A stretch of DNA of 64,000 nt from Macrostomum lignano (Eukaryota): NCBI GenBank assembly GCA_002269645.1, contig NIVC01000045.1, positions 186,001 to 250,000 of the forward strand, written 5' to 3'. The position numbers were made by a program, and so were the translations under genes. Under the pieces are notes generated by a model. That model was not told the DNA's origin, made no database searches, and was given only the letters and a program-made list of their open reading frames with translations. The first letter of the stretch is position 1. Each line of letters starts with the position of its first letter. This document shows, piece by piece, positions 14,201 through 30,800 of this stretch.

Positions 14201-16033
14201 AGTGACACTGGGATAGGAGGGAGAGTGACACTGGGATAGGAGGGAGAGTGACACTGGGATAGGAGGGAGAGTGACACTGGGATAAAGGAGAGTGGCATTG
14301 GGATAGGTGAGAGTGGCACTGGGATAGGGAAGAGTGACACTGTGATAAAGGAGAGTGGCATTGGGATAGGTGAGAGTGGCACTGGGATAGGGAAGAGTGA
14401 CACTGTGATAAAGGAGAGTGGCACTGGGATAGGGGAGAGCGGAACTGGGATAGGGGAGAGTGACACTGGGATAGGGGAGAGTGACACTGGGATAAGGGAG
14501 AGTGACACTGGGATAAAGGAAAGTGACACTGGGATAAAGGAAAGTGGCACTGGGATAGGGGAGAGCGGAACTGGGATAGGGGAGAGTGACACTGGGATAG
14601 GGGAGAGTGACACTGGGATAAGGGAGAGTGACACTGGGATAAAGGAAAGTGGCACTGGGATAGGGGAGAGCGGCACTGGGATAGGGGAGAGTGACACTGG
14701 GATAAAGGAAAGTGGCACTGGGATAAAGGATAGTGGCACTGGGATAAAGGATAGTGGCACTGGGATAAAGGATAGTGGCACTGGGATAAAGGATAGTGGC
14801 ACTGGGATAAAGGATAGTGGCACTGGGATAAAGGATAGTGGCACTGGGATAAAGGATAGTGGCACTGGGATAGAGGAGATTGGCACTGGGATAAAGGATA
14901 GTGGCACTGGGATAGAGGAGATTGGCACTGGGATAAAGGATAGTGGCACTGGGATAGGGGAGAGTGACACTGGGATAAAGGATAGTGGCACTGGGATAAA
15001 GGATAGTGGCACTGGGATAAGGGAAAGTGGCACTGGGATAAAGGATAGTGGCACTGGGATAAGGGAAAGTGGCACTGGGATAAAGGATAGTGGCACTGGG
15101 ATAGAGGAGATTGGCACTGGGATAAAGGATAGTGGCACTGGGATAGGGGAGAGTGACACTGGGATAAAGGATAGTGGCACTGGGATAAAGGATAGTGGCA
15201 CTGGGATAAAGGATAGTGGCACTGGGATAGGGGAGAGTGACACTGGGATAAAGGATAGTGGCACTGGGATAAGGGAAAGTGGCACTGACACTGTGAACGA
15301 CAACCCACTCCCCCAGCTGAAGGCATACGGTGTAGACGGCAGTTACAAAGGCAACATCGACATGAAGATGCCAGACGGCTCCGGCCCCAGCGTGTCCCCC
15401 AACTACAACATAGCAGCCAACGATGTCACCCAACTGCTTGCCATCAGCCTGTCAAAAATCAATCAGGTACTCGTGACAACACTTGACGGCAGTCATAAAC
15501 TTCTGGTGACAAACTGCTGCGGCTTAGACTTGGATAATCCTCTGGGCACCTTCCTCACCGACAATAACCGGGTGTACATTGCCGATTTTCGCAACCGGCG
15601 AGTGTGCAGCGTGTGCTGCGACACCGGCCAAGTTGTCCGGGTGTTCAAGCACAACTCGCTGGCTAGAGTTGATCGAATTGCAGTCGCTAGAGATGGCACA
15701 GTCTTGGCCAGAGTTGAGCCATGTCACCTGGTGATTTTGAAAGAGCAGCCCGAGCAGTTGCCAGCCAGGCTGCCTGAGATCAAGCGGAAGTTTTTTCATT
15801 TCCAATTGGACCCGTTCGGCGATCTGGTGTTTACTAGCGGCGGCGGGTTGCAGACTGGTCAGCTGTATGTGCTCCGACAGCCGTGTGTTGTGCCGGATTC
15901 TGGTGGTTCTAGCAATCCGCCTGAGTTCAAGCTGATTCAATGGTCCGATGTCAAATACAGCTGCGTGCTCAGGCTGAAGAATGGTCAGATACTGGCCTCC
16001 GCTGCCAATAAGAAGGAGATTCATTTCTTTTGA
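11210..16033 (+). CDS. TRIM-type E3 ligase: RING + B-box-like + coiled coil + NHL-like beta-propeller, 624 aa
   Basis: Exons 11210-11580, 12042-12120, 12421-13128, 15317-16033; 1875 nt in frame. C3HC4 RING CIICSNVYTDPRVLPCGHSFCSACI...CPNCR; CDKC...CRHCRHPLCGPCTVKH; NHL-like GTFLTDNNRVYIADFRNRRV and RIAVARDGTVL. Confidence 0.85.
11588..12001. repeat. ~46-bp minisatellite
   Basis: TRIM intron 1. Confidence 0.9.
12225..12312. mobile_element. Second copy of the GACTC-rich dispersed element
   Basis: Shares ttttaacgactcaaa and gacatctcgtcgttttagagt with 17185-17620. Confidence 0.4.
13177..15290. repeat. 21-bp minisatellite (agtggcactgggataaaggat and variants) with higher-order blocks
   Basis: TRIM intron 3; a ~495-bp block repeats at 13786 and 14281. 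Confidence 0.95.
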
Positions 16034-16127
16034 ACTTACCGGCTTTTTGTTGTTTTTTTACCAACTTTTATCGTAGCTTTATTTACTGCGTGTCATGTTT
16101 CTCTGGATACTCGAGACTGATGGCAGA

Positions 16128-16548
16128 GTAGCCTCCCAGATCCCTGGTGGTTAGTAGGCACCCTCCCAGATCCTCAGTTTTCGGCAAGCAGCCTCCCAGA
16201 TCCTGGGTTGCTGGGCCAGCCTCCCAGATCCTCAGTTGCTGGGCCAGCCTCCCAGATCCTCAGTTGCTGGGCCAGCCTCCCAGATCCCCAGCTGTTGAGC
16301 CAGCCTCCCAGATCCCCAGCTGTTGAGCCAGCCTCCCAGATCCCCAGCTGTTGAGCCAGCCTCCCTGATCCTCAGTTGCTGGGCCAGCCTCCCAGATCCC
16401 CAGCTGTTGAGCCAGCCTCCCAGATCCCCAGCTGTTGAGCCAGCCTCCCAGATCCCCAGCTGTTGAGCCAGCCTCCCTGATCCTCAGTTGCTGGGCCAGC
16501 CTCCCAGATCCCCAGCTGTTGAGTCAGCCTCCCAGATCCTCAGTTGCT
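16128..16548. repeat. 28-bp minisatellite (ccagcctcccagatccccagctgttgag)
   Basis: Just 3' of the TRIM stop. Confidence 0.95.
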
Positions 16549-17184
16549 TAATCACTGCCATCATCAGAACAGATTTTTACCTATCGCATATGACTTTTTA
16601 ACGTTGTATTATTACGATCAATTATCATCGGGTAATTCTGCCACTTGATTCTGCTATTTTTTACATTATTCCCGTGCGATCCATTGTTTGAATCGCATAT
16701 GTTTTTTTTTCAAAGATAGTTTTTGTTTATATATACTATTATTTTCGATTTTCTAACTGCTTATTCAGACAAATGTAACCAGGTGATGCTCCGTGCGAAT
16801 TAGAGTTAACATAATAATCTGTCATGATGATTGCCTCGCGTCTGTCAGGCATTGTCTCACTAAATGAATTTTCTATATATTTTTGTTAGAATTTTACTAA
16901 CTTGCCAATTTCTCTGTTTTGTAGATTTTTTCAAACCTGTCAGGCCAGCCTTAATAATAACCCAAAAAGTGAAAAAAGTCGAAAAATCACCCAAAAAGTT
17001 CTCTTGTTCCAGACTGTTCTGCTGAAATAAAAGCTTGCAAAAGTTTCTATAAAAACAACAATAAACCAAAAAAATTATGTTTTAATCAATTTGTTTTGAC
17101 TTGGTTTCTTTTCTAGGACATTAGCAACTTGTTCAGAACGTTAGTATTGCAAAAAAATGTTAGATTCATTGAAAACAACTCATT

Positions 17185-17620
17185 CGGTGACTCTTGAGAC
17201 GTTTTAACGACTCAAAGGACTTTTGAGTCAGGAGCGCATCACGTGAGTTGCAGATTCGTAAATGAGTCGCAAAAAAGTCGTCTAAGAGTCGTCTTGTTAG
17301 CGCTTAACTTTCTGCTCACTCAAGTAGACTAAATAGAGTTGTTATAAATTTGAAATGCAGTTTTAATTCATAAAAGTTTCAATTCATAAATTGACGCAGA
17401 TGCGCTTAAGACGTAACTCAGTGATTCTACAGTGACTCTGGCACGCCTCAGATCTGACTCTACGGCCCTAGAGTCGCAGGCAATGAAACGCCTCAAATTG
17501 ACTCTTAGATGACTCTTTCGACGTCTTTTTGGCGACTTGTTCCGTGACGTGACATCTCGTCGTTTTAGAGTCGTGTGGAGTCACTCTTTTTCTATTTTAC
17601 ATGTTACCTGCAAGTGACTC
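17185..17620. mobile_element. GACTC-rich fold-back element (MITE-like), dispersed family
   Basis: Inverted arms tctaagagtc (17281) / gactcttaga (17500). Motifs ttttaacgactcaaa and gacatctcgtcgttttagagt recur in TRIM intron 2. Confidence 0.4.
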
Positions 17621-17689
17621 AGGGATATTTTAAACGGGCAAGTTATTAAACAGCGAAGCAATATTATCAACACTGATTTCCATTTTCAG

Positions 17690-22669
<4,980 letters not shown>

Positions 22670-22861
22670 ACTTGAATTGCCTTGAAGTTTGATGAATACG
22701 AACTAATAGTGCATTTTCGGTAATCAGTTATTAATATTGTGCATTTTATTCACGGCTAAATACATGCTCATATGCCTTATATAATTACTTCGAATAATTT
22801 CTTTGAATTTCTTGTTTTGTTTTTTTTACGAATTCGTTATCTATCAGATAGGAGAGGCGGT

Positions 22862-24334
22862 ATGGGGAGAGAGAGGGATAGTGTGAGGAGAGGGGGAGGC
22901 GGTGTGAGGAGAGGGGGAGGCGGTGTGAGGAGAGGGGGAGGCGGTGTGAGGAGAGGGGGAGGCGGTGTGAGGAGAGGGGAGGCGGTGTGAGGAGAGGGGG
23001 AGGCGGTGTGAGGGGAGGGAGAGCCGGTGTGAGAGGAGGGAGAGCCGGTGTGAGAGGAGGGAGAGCCGGTGTGAGGGGAGGGAGAGCCGGTGTGAGGGGA
23101 GGGAGAGGCGGTGTGAGGGGAGGGAGAGGCGGTGTGAGGAGAGGGAGAGGCGGTGTGAGGGGAGGGAGAGGCGGTGTGAGGAGAGGGAGAGGCGGTGTGA
23201 GGAGAGGGGGAGGCGGTGTGAGGAGAGGGGGAGGCGGTGTGAGGGGAGGGAGAGCCGGTGTGAGAGGAGGGAGAGCCGGTGTGAGAGGAGGGAGAGCCGG
23301 TGTGAGGGGAGGGAGAGCCGGTGTGAGGGGAGGGAGAGCCGGTGTGAGGGGAGGGAGAGGCGGTGTGAGGGGAGGGAGAGGCGGTGTGAGAGGAGGGAGA
23401 GGCGGTGTGAGGAGAGGGAGAGGCGGTGTGAGGGGAGGGAGAGGCGGTGTGAGGGGAGGGAGAGGCGGTGTGAGAGGAGGGAGAGGCGGTGTGAGGGGAG
23501 GGAGAGCCGGTGTGAGGGGAGGGAGAGGCGGTGTGAGGGGAGGGAGAGCCGGTGTGAGGGGAGGGAGAGGCGGTGTGAGGAGAGGGGGAGGCGGTGTGAG
23601 GAGAGGGGGAGGCGGTGTGAGGGGAGGGAGAGCCGGTGTGAGAGGAGGGAGAGCCGGTGTGAGAGGAGGGAGAGCCGGTGTGAGAGGAGGGAGAGGCGGT
23701 GTGAGGAGAGGGAGAGGCTGTGCGAGAGGAGGGAGAGGCGGTGTGAGAGGAGGGAGAGGCGGTGTGAGGAGAGGGAGAGGCGGTGTGATGAGAGGGAGAG
23801 GCGGTGTGAGGGGAGGGAGAGGCGGTGTGAGGGGAGGAAGAGGCGGTGTGATGAGAGGGAGAGGCGGTGTGAGGAGAGGGAGAGGCGGTGTGAGAGGAGG
23901 GAGAGGCGGTGTGATGAGAGGGAGAGGCGGTGTGAGGGGAGGGAGAGGCGGTGTGAGGCGAGGAAGAGGCGGTGTGATGAGAGGGAGAGGCGGTGTGAGA
24001 GGAGGGAGAGGCGGTGTGAGGGGAGGGAGAGGCGGTGTGAGGAGAGGAAGAGGCGGTGTGAGGGGAGGAAGAGGCGGTGTGAGGGGAGGAAGAGGCGGTG
24101 TGAGGGGAGGAAGAGGCGGTGTGAGGAGAGGGAGAGGCGGTGTGAGGGGAGGGAGAGGCGGTGTGAGGAGAGGAAGAGGCGGTGTGAGGGGAGGAAGAGG
24201 CGGTGTGAGGAGAGGAAGAGGCGGTGTGAGGGGAGGAAGAGGCGGTGTGAGGGGAGGAAGAGGCGGTGTGAGGGGAGGAAGAGGCGGTGTGAGGAGAGGG
24301 AGAGGCGGTGTGAGGAGAGGGAGAGGCGGTGTGC
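22862..24334. repeat. 21-bp G-rich minisatellite (ggcggtgtgaggggagggaga)
   Basis: About 70 units between NRDE2 and RBM34. Confidence 0.95.
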
Positions 24335-24420
24335 AGTGAGATGAGAGACAAGATGCACCCCAAAATCCAGACTCAGGTCCCCAACCTGACTCAATCAACT
24401 TCATTGATTTTCCAGTCCAG

Positions 24421-26263
24421 ATGTCATCAGCCGAGGTCCCCCAGCCCTCCGAGGACTCCTACGCAGCTGGCCAGCTGAGCAAGCTGCTGCAGTTTGGCTC
24501 CTCCGACCAAACCGACTCCACTCTGGTCAGCCTCTTCCAGCCTGCTCCGCCCCCGAGTGCCAGCAAGAAACCTACCGAATCCTTGAAGCAGAAATCCGTC
24601 TCCAAGCAGAAGCAGAAGCCATCAGCATCTTCGTCAGCAGCAGATGCGGAGTCGGCGGCAGCCAGTAGCGACCGAGCGGCAGCCAAGGCGCGCTCCAAGC
24701 TGGCCAAGCAGCGCGAGAAGGCGCGCCAAGAAGATCCCAGAAACGAGCGCACCGTGTTCGTTGGCAACGTGGCCTCGGCGGCGAAGAAGCGCGACCTGCT
24801 GCTGCTGTTCCGGGCTCACGGGCCCATCGAGTCCGTCCGGTTCCGCTCGGCTGCTCCAGCGGATGCCAACGTGGTGAAACGACTGGCCGTCATTCACAAG
24901 AAGCTGTCCAGACCTTCACTCAATGCCTACGTTGTGTTCAAGGAGCCGCAGGCTGCTGTGAGCGCCGCGTCAGCTTTGAATGGCCACTGCTTGGCGGGAC
25001 TCCATCTGAGAGTGGACCTGCTGGATGGACAGGCTGAGCGGGATGACAAGAAATGCGTCTTCTTGGGTGAGGTGGCGTTGACCTCTAGACACATTCATTT
25101 GGAGCTTGTAGCCCCAATGGACGCTCTAAGGCAGGGGTCGGCAAACTCCGGCCCTTGAAGCCTCTCAATCGGGCCCTCGGGTCCTTTGTGAGACTTTACA
25201 ATAGCAATCCGGCTTGCTCAAGTTTGGTGTCTCTTCTCATCTCTCTCCTCTCTTCTTCTTCTTTCTTTTCTCTCCTTTACTCTCCCCTCTTATCTCTAAT
25301 CTCATCTCTTTCCTCTCATCTCCTCACCTTTCTTCTTTCTTCTCATCTCTCTCCTCTCTTCTTCTTCATTCTTTTCTCTCCTCTACTCTCCCCTCTCATC
25401 TCTAATCTCATCTCTTTCCTCTCATCTCCTCACCTTTCTTCTTTCTTCTCATCTCTCTCCTCTCTTCTTCTTCATTCTTTTCTCTCCTCTACTCTCCCCT
25501 CTCATCTCTAATCTCATCTCTCTCCTCTCATCTCCTCACCTTTCTTCTCTAATCTCATCTCTAATCTCATTTCCTCACCTTTCTTCTCTCTTCTCATATC
25601 TCTCCTTTCTTCTCGCCTCTCATACGAGTATCTCATCTCCTTTTTCTTCTTCCTCCCCCATTCCATCTCCTTTCCACTCTCATCTGGCCCTTGAAATCAA
25701 AAGTTTGCCGACCCCTGCGCCAAGGCATCAATCTGTACTTTAACAACCACTTAAAATTTAATAAAGCACTTTAAAAACTCAAATCTCTCCCCCGTTACCA
25801 AGGCAACCTGCACTTTAAATGCGACGAAGAGGCCGTCCGATTGGCCTTCGCCCAGTGCGGTCACGTGACCAACGTGCGTCTCGTCCGCGACTCCCGCACG
25901 GGCATCGGTCGCGGCTTCGGCTTTGTGCAGTTCGCCGACGCCTCTTCGGTTGAGCTGGCGCTGAAACTCGACGGCGCTGAGGTGGCCGGTCGTCAAGTTC
26001 GAGTCAGCCGCTGCTCTTCGGAGTCGGCGCAGAAGCAGCGCACGGCGGCGTCAAGCAAACAGCGGAAGCAGCAGCAGCCAGAGAAGCAGCGGAAGCAGCC
26101 AGCCGGAAGCAACAACGCCAGCAAGAAGCCGCCAAATGTCCAGCGTGCCCGGCCAACCAACAGGACTTTTGCCGACGCCTTTCAGCGCATGCTGGACAAG
26201 CGGAGATCGAAGCAAGCTGGCAAGAAGCCTGCGACGGCTGCTGGGAAAATGAAGAAGAAGTGA
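24421..26263 (+). CDS. RBM34: RBM34/Nop12-like nucleolar two-RRM protein, 368 aa
   Basis: Exons 24421-25066 and 25803-26263 (phase 1). RRM1 ERTVFVGNV...GPIESVRFRS...NAYVVFK; RRM2 CVFLGNLHF...VRLVRDSRTGIGRGFGFVQF; basic C-terminus; AATAAA at ~26335. Confidence 0.88.
25228..25660. repeat. CT-rich low-complexity tract with block duplication
   Basis: RBM34 intron. Confidence 0.85.
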
Positions 26264-27874
26264 CCGTCTGGATGGTACCGCAGTGAGATCTGAGCCTACC
26301 AATCTAGTGCCATTTAACCTAGCTGCATTTGGTAAATAAAAACAAGTTTCAAGTTAATGTTGCTGAGAAAACACATACTGTCTTTACTATCTTTCCAAGT
26401 CTTACTTTCCTCTGTTCAGAAATGCTAAATGAAACTTGGGACGCGAAAAGGCATCCACCTCTTAAGTATTCAAGCCTGTATCCAAGGGTCTCAGACTGCA
26501 TCATCAGGCTCAGCGACATAAGCAGAATAGCAGCAGTTGGCAGAAGAGCATCGTCGGAGTACCCGACAGCTGGTGATGAAGACAGTAAAAAGTCTGCTGA
26601 AACCTGTTGTCAAGTACAAATGGTGTCGTTAAATCCAATATTCAAACTTTGGAAACAACACGTGTAGGAGACTGGATGATACTTGAAGCATAAAACTAGC
26701 AGGTTGTTCGTGGTAAAGAAAATCAGTGACCCATATTAGTGACTTTGACCTATGACGTAATGACTATGATAATTCCATATGGTTGGGTCTCTTGAATATA
26801 TGTGCATGAATTAACTGTTTCATTGCAAGTTATCTAGAAAAATCTTGCACTTTCATCGGAATTATTGCATATATTTGCTGAGAATAAGAAATATGCGTGC
26901 GATATTTATTTAACAAAACAGTCAACCCCCAACGAGTTACAAGCCGCTCCAAGGCGGATCCACAAAAATAGTCATCATTAGAAAACTTTCAACTCATATT
27001 TATGGTTAGGGAAAAAAGAATACGCTCGTAATCGCAAAATGAAATTTCTGGGCTGTGTAGACTCGATGAACCCCTCCCGAAATGATTTAAATTTTTGAGC
27101 AACTCGACAAAATATCAGGTGACACAATGATGCGAGTAAACTGATAAAAATACCTGTGTGCTAGCGCTACAGGCAGAATTACATGTAAATCAAAATGAGA
27201 TCGTTTTGTAGTAAAGTGTCAAAATACTTGCTTCGATTAGGTTAAGACTTATCTGGAAAAGTTCAACCGAACGCATTCAAGAACTCAAGGAGGACGTCAG
27301 TTCTTAACTCAAGTTCGTATGAGCTTAACGACAACGGAATTTACAACAGCTTTATAGAACGGTCCCTGTCTATGCATGAGTCACTTCAGCTCTCGCGACT
27401 GTGTGGTTTACCATATTTACCGCAGCCCGGGACATTATACCCGAGAATCCGCAGGTACAAATAAGAATTATTAACCATGCAGTAAAAAAAATATAAACAA
27501 TTAAAGCTGACAGCCAGGTTGATTTGTGACTTACTTGTAGGAAGCCAACTAAAAAGAATAACAAAAAGAAAAGCAAAAAGCCAAACAAAACCCAGTTGCC
27601 ATACAGAATGTCTTGAGCAGACGAGTAGCGGCCCAGGACGCTTCCTCTGGCGCGGCGAGCGCGATGCTTGCGAACGGCTGCCACCAGGCACTCCTTGCCA
27701 ATTGCAAATCCGTAGCGCCGGGACTTCTGCGCTAAGAAGACCAGGGGCGAAAGGCCGCAAATGCAGATGAACAGCGCAACGAGGCTGAACCTTACGGGTC
27801 GGGCTCTTTCCAGCTGGTCCTCATCAGTGCTTTCTGGACCAGGAAGCGCTTGCGCTGTCCTTCGGAAGCTCCTT

Positions 27875-30800
27875 TCAGCCAGTGACTGCTGCAAGATAAT
27901 CGGCAATCACTTAATGCAATGATCGCTGCGATCTCGATCACCTTTTTTTATTAGAGGCAGGGGGGTTGTGTGCACCCTGGCGTACTTTAAGCGACATGGG
28001 CACACAACCGGCGAGAGGCATTACTGCCCATTCCGCCGACTCCCCTGAGCAGGCACACAAGCGCGCGGATACGTACGCAGGCACACACTCACACAGGAGT
28101 GTACAGCGGCCCTAACTTTATTTTATCGTTAGGCAAGTGCACTTTACTGCGCCTTGGGGGGTTGGCTCTCAAGGCGTTAATTGCACGAGCAGAGCCAAGC
28201 CGAGATTCCAATTCAGCCCCAAATTAATGTGACTGCACTTGGAATCGAGCCTGGGTCGCTGGCACACCAGAGCAGCTGCGCTACCGCTGGGCTACGGCCC
28301 CCCGGTCTCTCACCTTGGTCTTTTATATGCGTTGTTGCAAAGCTATTGCAATGACCAGTCTGACTCACCGACCCCTGCATCAGCTGCTCGACCTTCTCTC
28401 TCGTGCCCTGGTGATCGCAAATGGCTCGCCTGTGTCTCTGAACCAGTAGGACAAGCAGGTCGCAGTCCTCGCAAAGCTCAAGAGTTACAAGCAGCTCCTG
28501 AACGTCTGGACTCGCACAGCGGAGAGTTTCTTCAAACCACAGCTCAAGATCCACATCTTGATCTAGGTAGAGTCTGAGAGCTTTCAGCAGCGCATCAAAG
28601 TTCACGTAGTACCAGTCGAACTGGCCACAGCTCAGTGAAAAATGCTGCCTGAATTTGGCTGGCAGAAATGACAGAACGGGCGGCTTGTCGGCTTGAATCA
28701 GGAGCTTCCAAACCGAACTGGATCTTTCCAGGTGCTGCCACACTGCCAACTCAGACTCTGCGTCAGTGGCGCGCACCTTCCAGCGTGACAGTCCTCGGCT
28801 GACCTGATGATAGCGGAACGAGCGCAAGACCCTTCGCGCTGCGTAGCGCATTTCGAATTTCAAGTAGATCAGCGCGAAGAGGCAGTACTTCGGACATGCA
28901 GCGTAGTTAGGAACTCTGCGAGCCAGCTTCATCATGACCTTTTTGTCTTCTTCGCGGCACTCTTCATGAGCCAACTTCAGCAGAATGGACCGGATCGCGT
29001 CATACACATCGTGGAACTGCAGGTTTGATGCCATCGGAACTGGCCTCGGGATCAAAACTGGCAGCACCAGGAACGGATGAAAGCTGAAGTTTTTCGCATC
29101 CTCCAGTGGTCGCAGCGTTTTGTAAAAACACGACACAACTTCGGACAGCTTTTCGATGATGTCAATCACAACATCTGAAATGAGCTTCTTTCCACTGTGG
29201 CGCCTCTTTAAGTACACCCAGGCATCTCTCATGAAGAAGTGCTTCATGCACTTGTCCGCATCTGAAATACCCTTGTCCAGCAGACACCGCAACAGAATCG
29301 AAAGTGCTCGTTTCGCCAGACTGATTAGGTTTTCGGACTGCCAGTAGCCAGCAGGCGTCTCATCCAGCAGGTAAAACATCAGACTCTTGGCTATGTAGGT
29401 CATGAGTCCATTGGCTCGAGCTGAAATCACTTTCTTAATGATGAACTTGATAAGCACGAACACGTGTCCCTGCTCAGTTGTGAGGCTTCTGAGCAGCCTT
29501 CGCTCCAGGAAGGTGGTGCTGATCCTCAGCTGCTGTCCGTCCTTGCCGGGGGGGAGCCGCTGCCACCAGGTGACAGGGAGACTCCAGCATCTCCTGCCTC
29601 AGGCTCCGCAGCACTGATGGCGCAATGTGAGTACTGTATCCTGGCTGCAGCACTTCCAGTTTTGGATAGCAACAGCAGCGGAACGCCCACACAAGATCGA
29701 CTGCCGGTCTGACCTCCGACCCGGCCCAGGTCTGCGACGGATTCGACGCTGTTTGGGGCGAAATTGTCAGTGGGTGAGCTTTTAGGAAAATGATCTTTTT
29801 AGCAAAATGCTGCGTTTGGTAAAATGATACAAAGGAGGGTGCACAAGTGAAAATGAAAATCACAGATTCCAGCCAATATCCTCTTACGCGATCCAGGCCA
29901 CTTAATGTGCCCGTCCTCATATTCAACTACCCTATGTCGTTCTTCATCGAAGCTGCAGTTGATGCAGCTGCAGCTGCCTTTGAGATGAAAGAGCATCCCT
30001 TTCGCAACGAAGCAGACGTCGATGTCGGAGTCTGCGTCCGTTTGGCCATCCAACCGAACCAGACTGTTGGACCAGCCTTCACTGTAGCTCCCGACGATGT
30101 ACACTTCGTAGTCATTGTACTCCTGAGCGTCGAGGCGGTTTCTAGTGATGCGCTGCAGGACATCAGAACATGCGGATTGCAGTTTCACACGATTCAGCTC
30201 AAATCCGGACTCCTTCAGGGCTCTGTGCAGCTGAGCACTTTTGTGGTTCTCTGTCAAACTTTCTGGTTCATCTTCCACAGCCTCCATATCGATGAGGACC
30301 TCGCGCAGGCTGTTTGAGTCGGGCTGCTCACTGTACGTTTTGGTGAGTTACAGTGGCTCATTTAGTCGTACCATTTTAGCAATTAATTATTACTAATAGA
30401 AGCAACACAATTTTTAGACTATATGATTAATCGACCCAGAGACTAACAATAGTATTTGCAGTGATATCAATGGTTGACAGGGTGCACTCGTATTGCTAGT
30501 GCGCTGTTACACGAGGGGATTTACGCAAAACGACTGACGTGGGAGAATACTGGAAACCTGCCAGCTGAGAGGACTTGAATTGAATGAATGCGAGGGCAAT
30601 CCAATCTTTGCAACAATGCATGCATGATTTAACCACATTTCAAATTTCACATTTCAAACATAACATTTTTGCATTTTACATTCGCATACATTACATTGAA
30701 TACTGTTTATCTCGGAAGTATTATTAAGGTTAGGACTAAGCGTACTATGATGATTTAACCATTTGGCATTCAGAATGCAAGCCTCATGGATCATTTTTCA

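Noticed and set aside
13124-15433. Long ORFs (650-769 aa on minus; GTGIKDS repeats on plus)
   Set aside because: They come from a stop-free 21-bp array inside TRIM intron 3, open in several frames. The true exon starts at the acceptor 15316/15317.
22772-24404. RGG-like and Pro/His-rich ORFs next to RBM34
   Set aside because: Translations of the 21-bp array; the RGG frame stops at 24339 and is not joined to RBM34.
27370-27906. Hydrophobic 178-aa ORF downstream of paralog M (possible membrane effector)
   Set aside because: Its phase does not match the cGLR donor, much of the hydrophobicity comes from a T-rich tract, and there are no STING-like motifs; probably 3' UTR.
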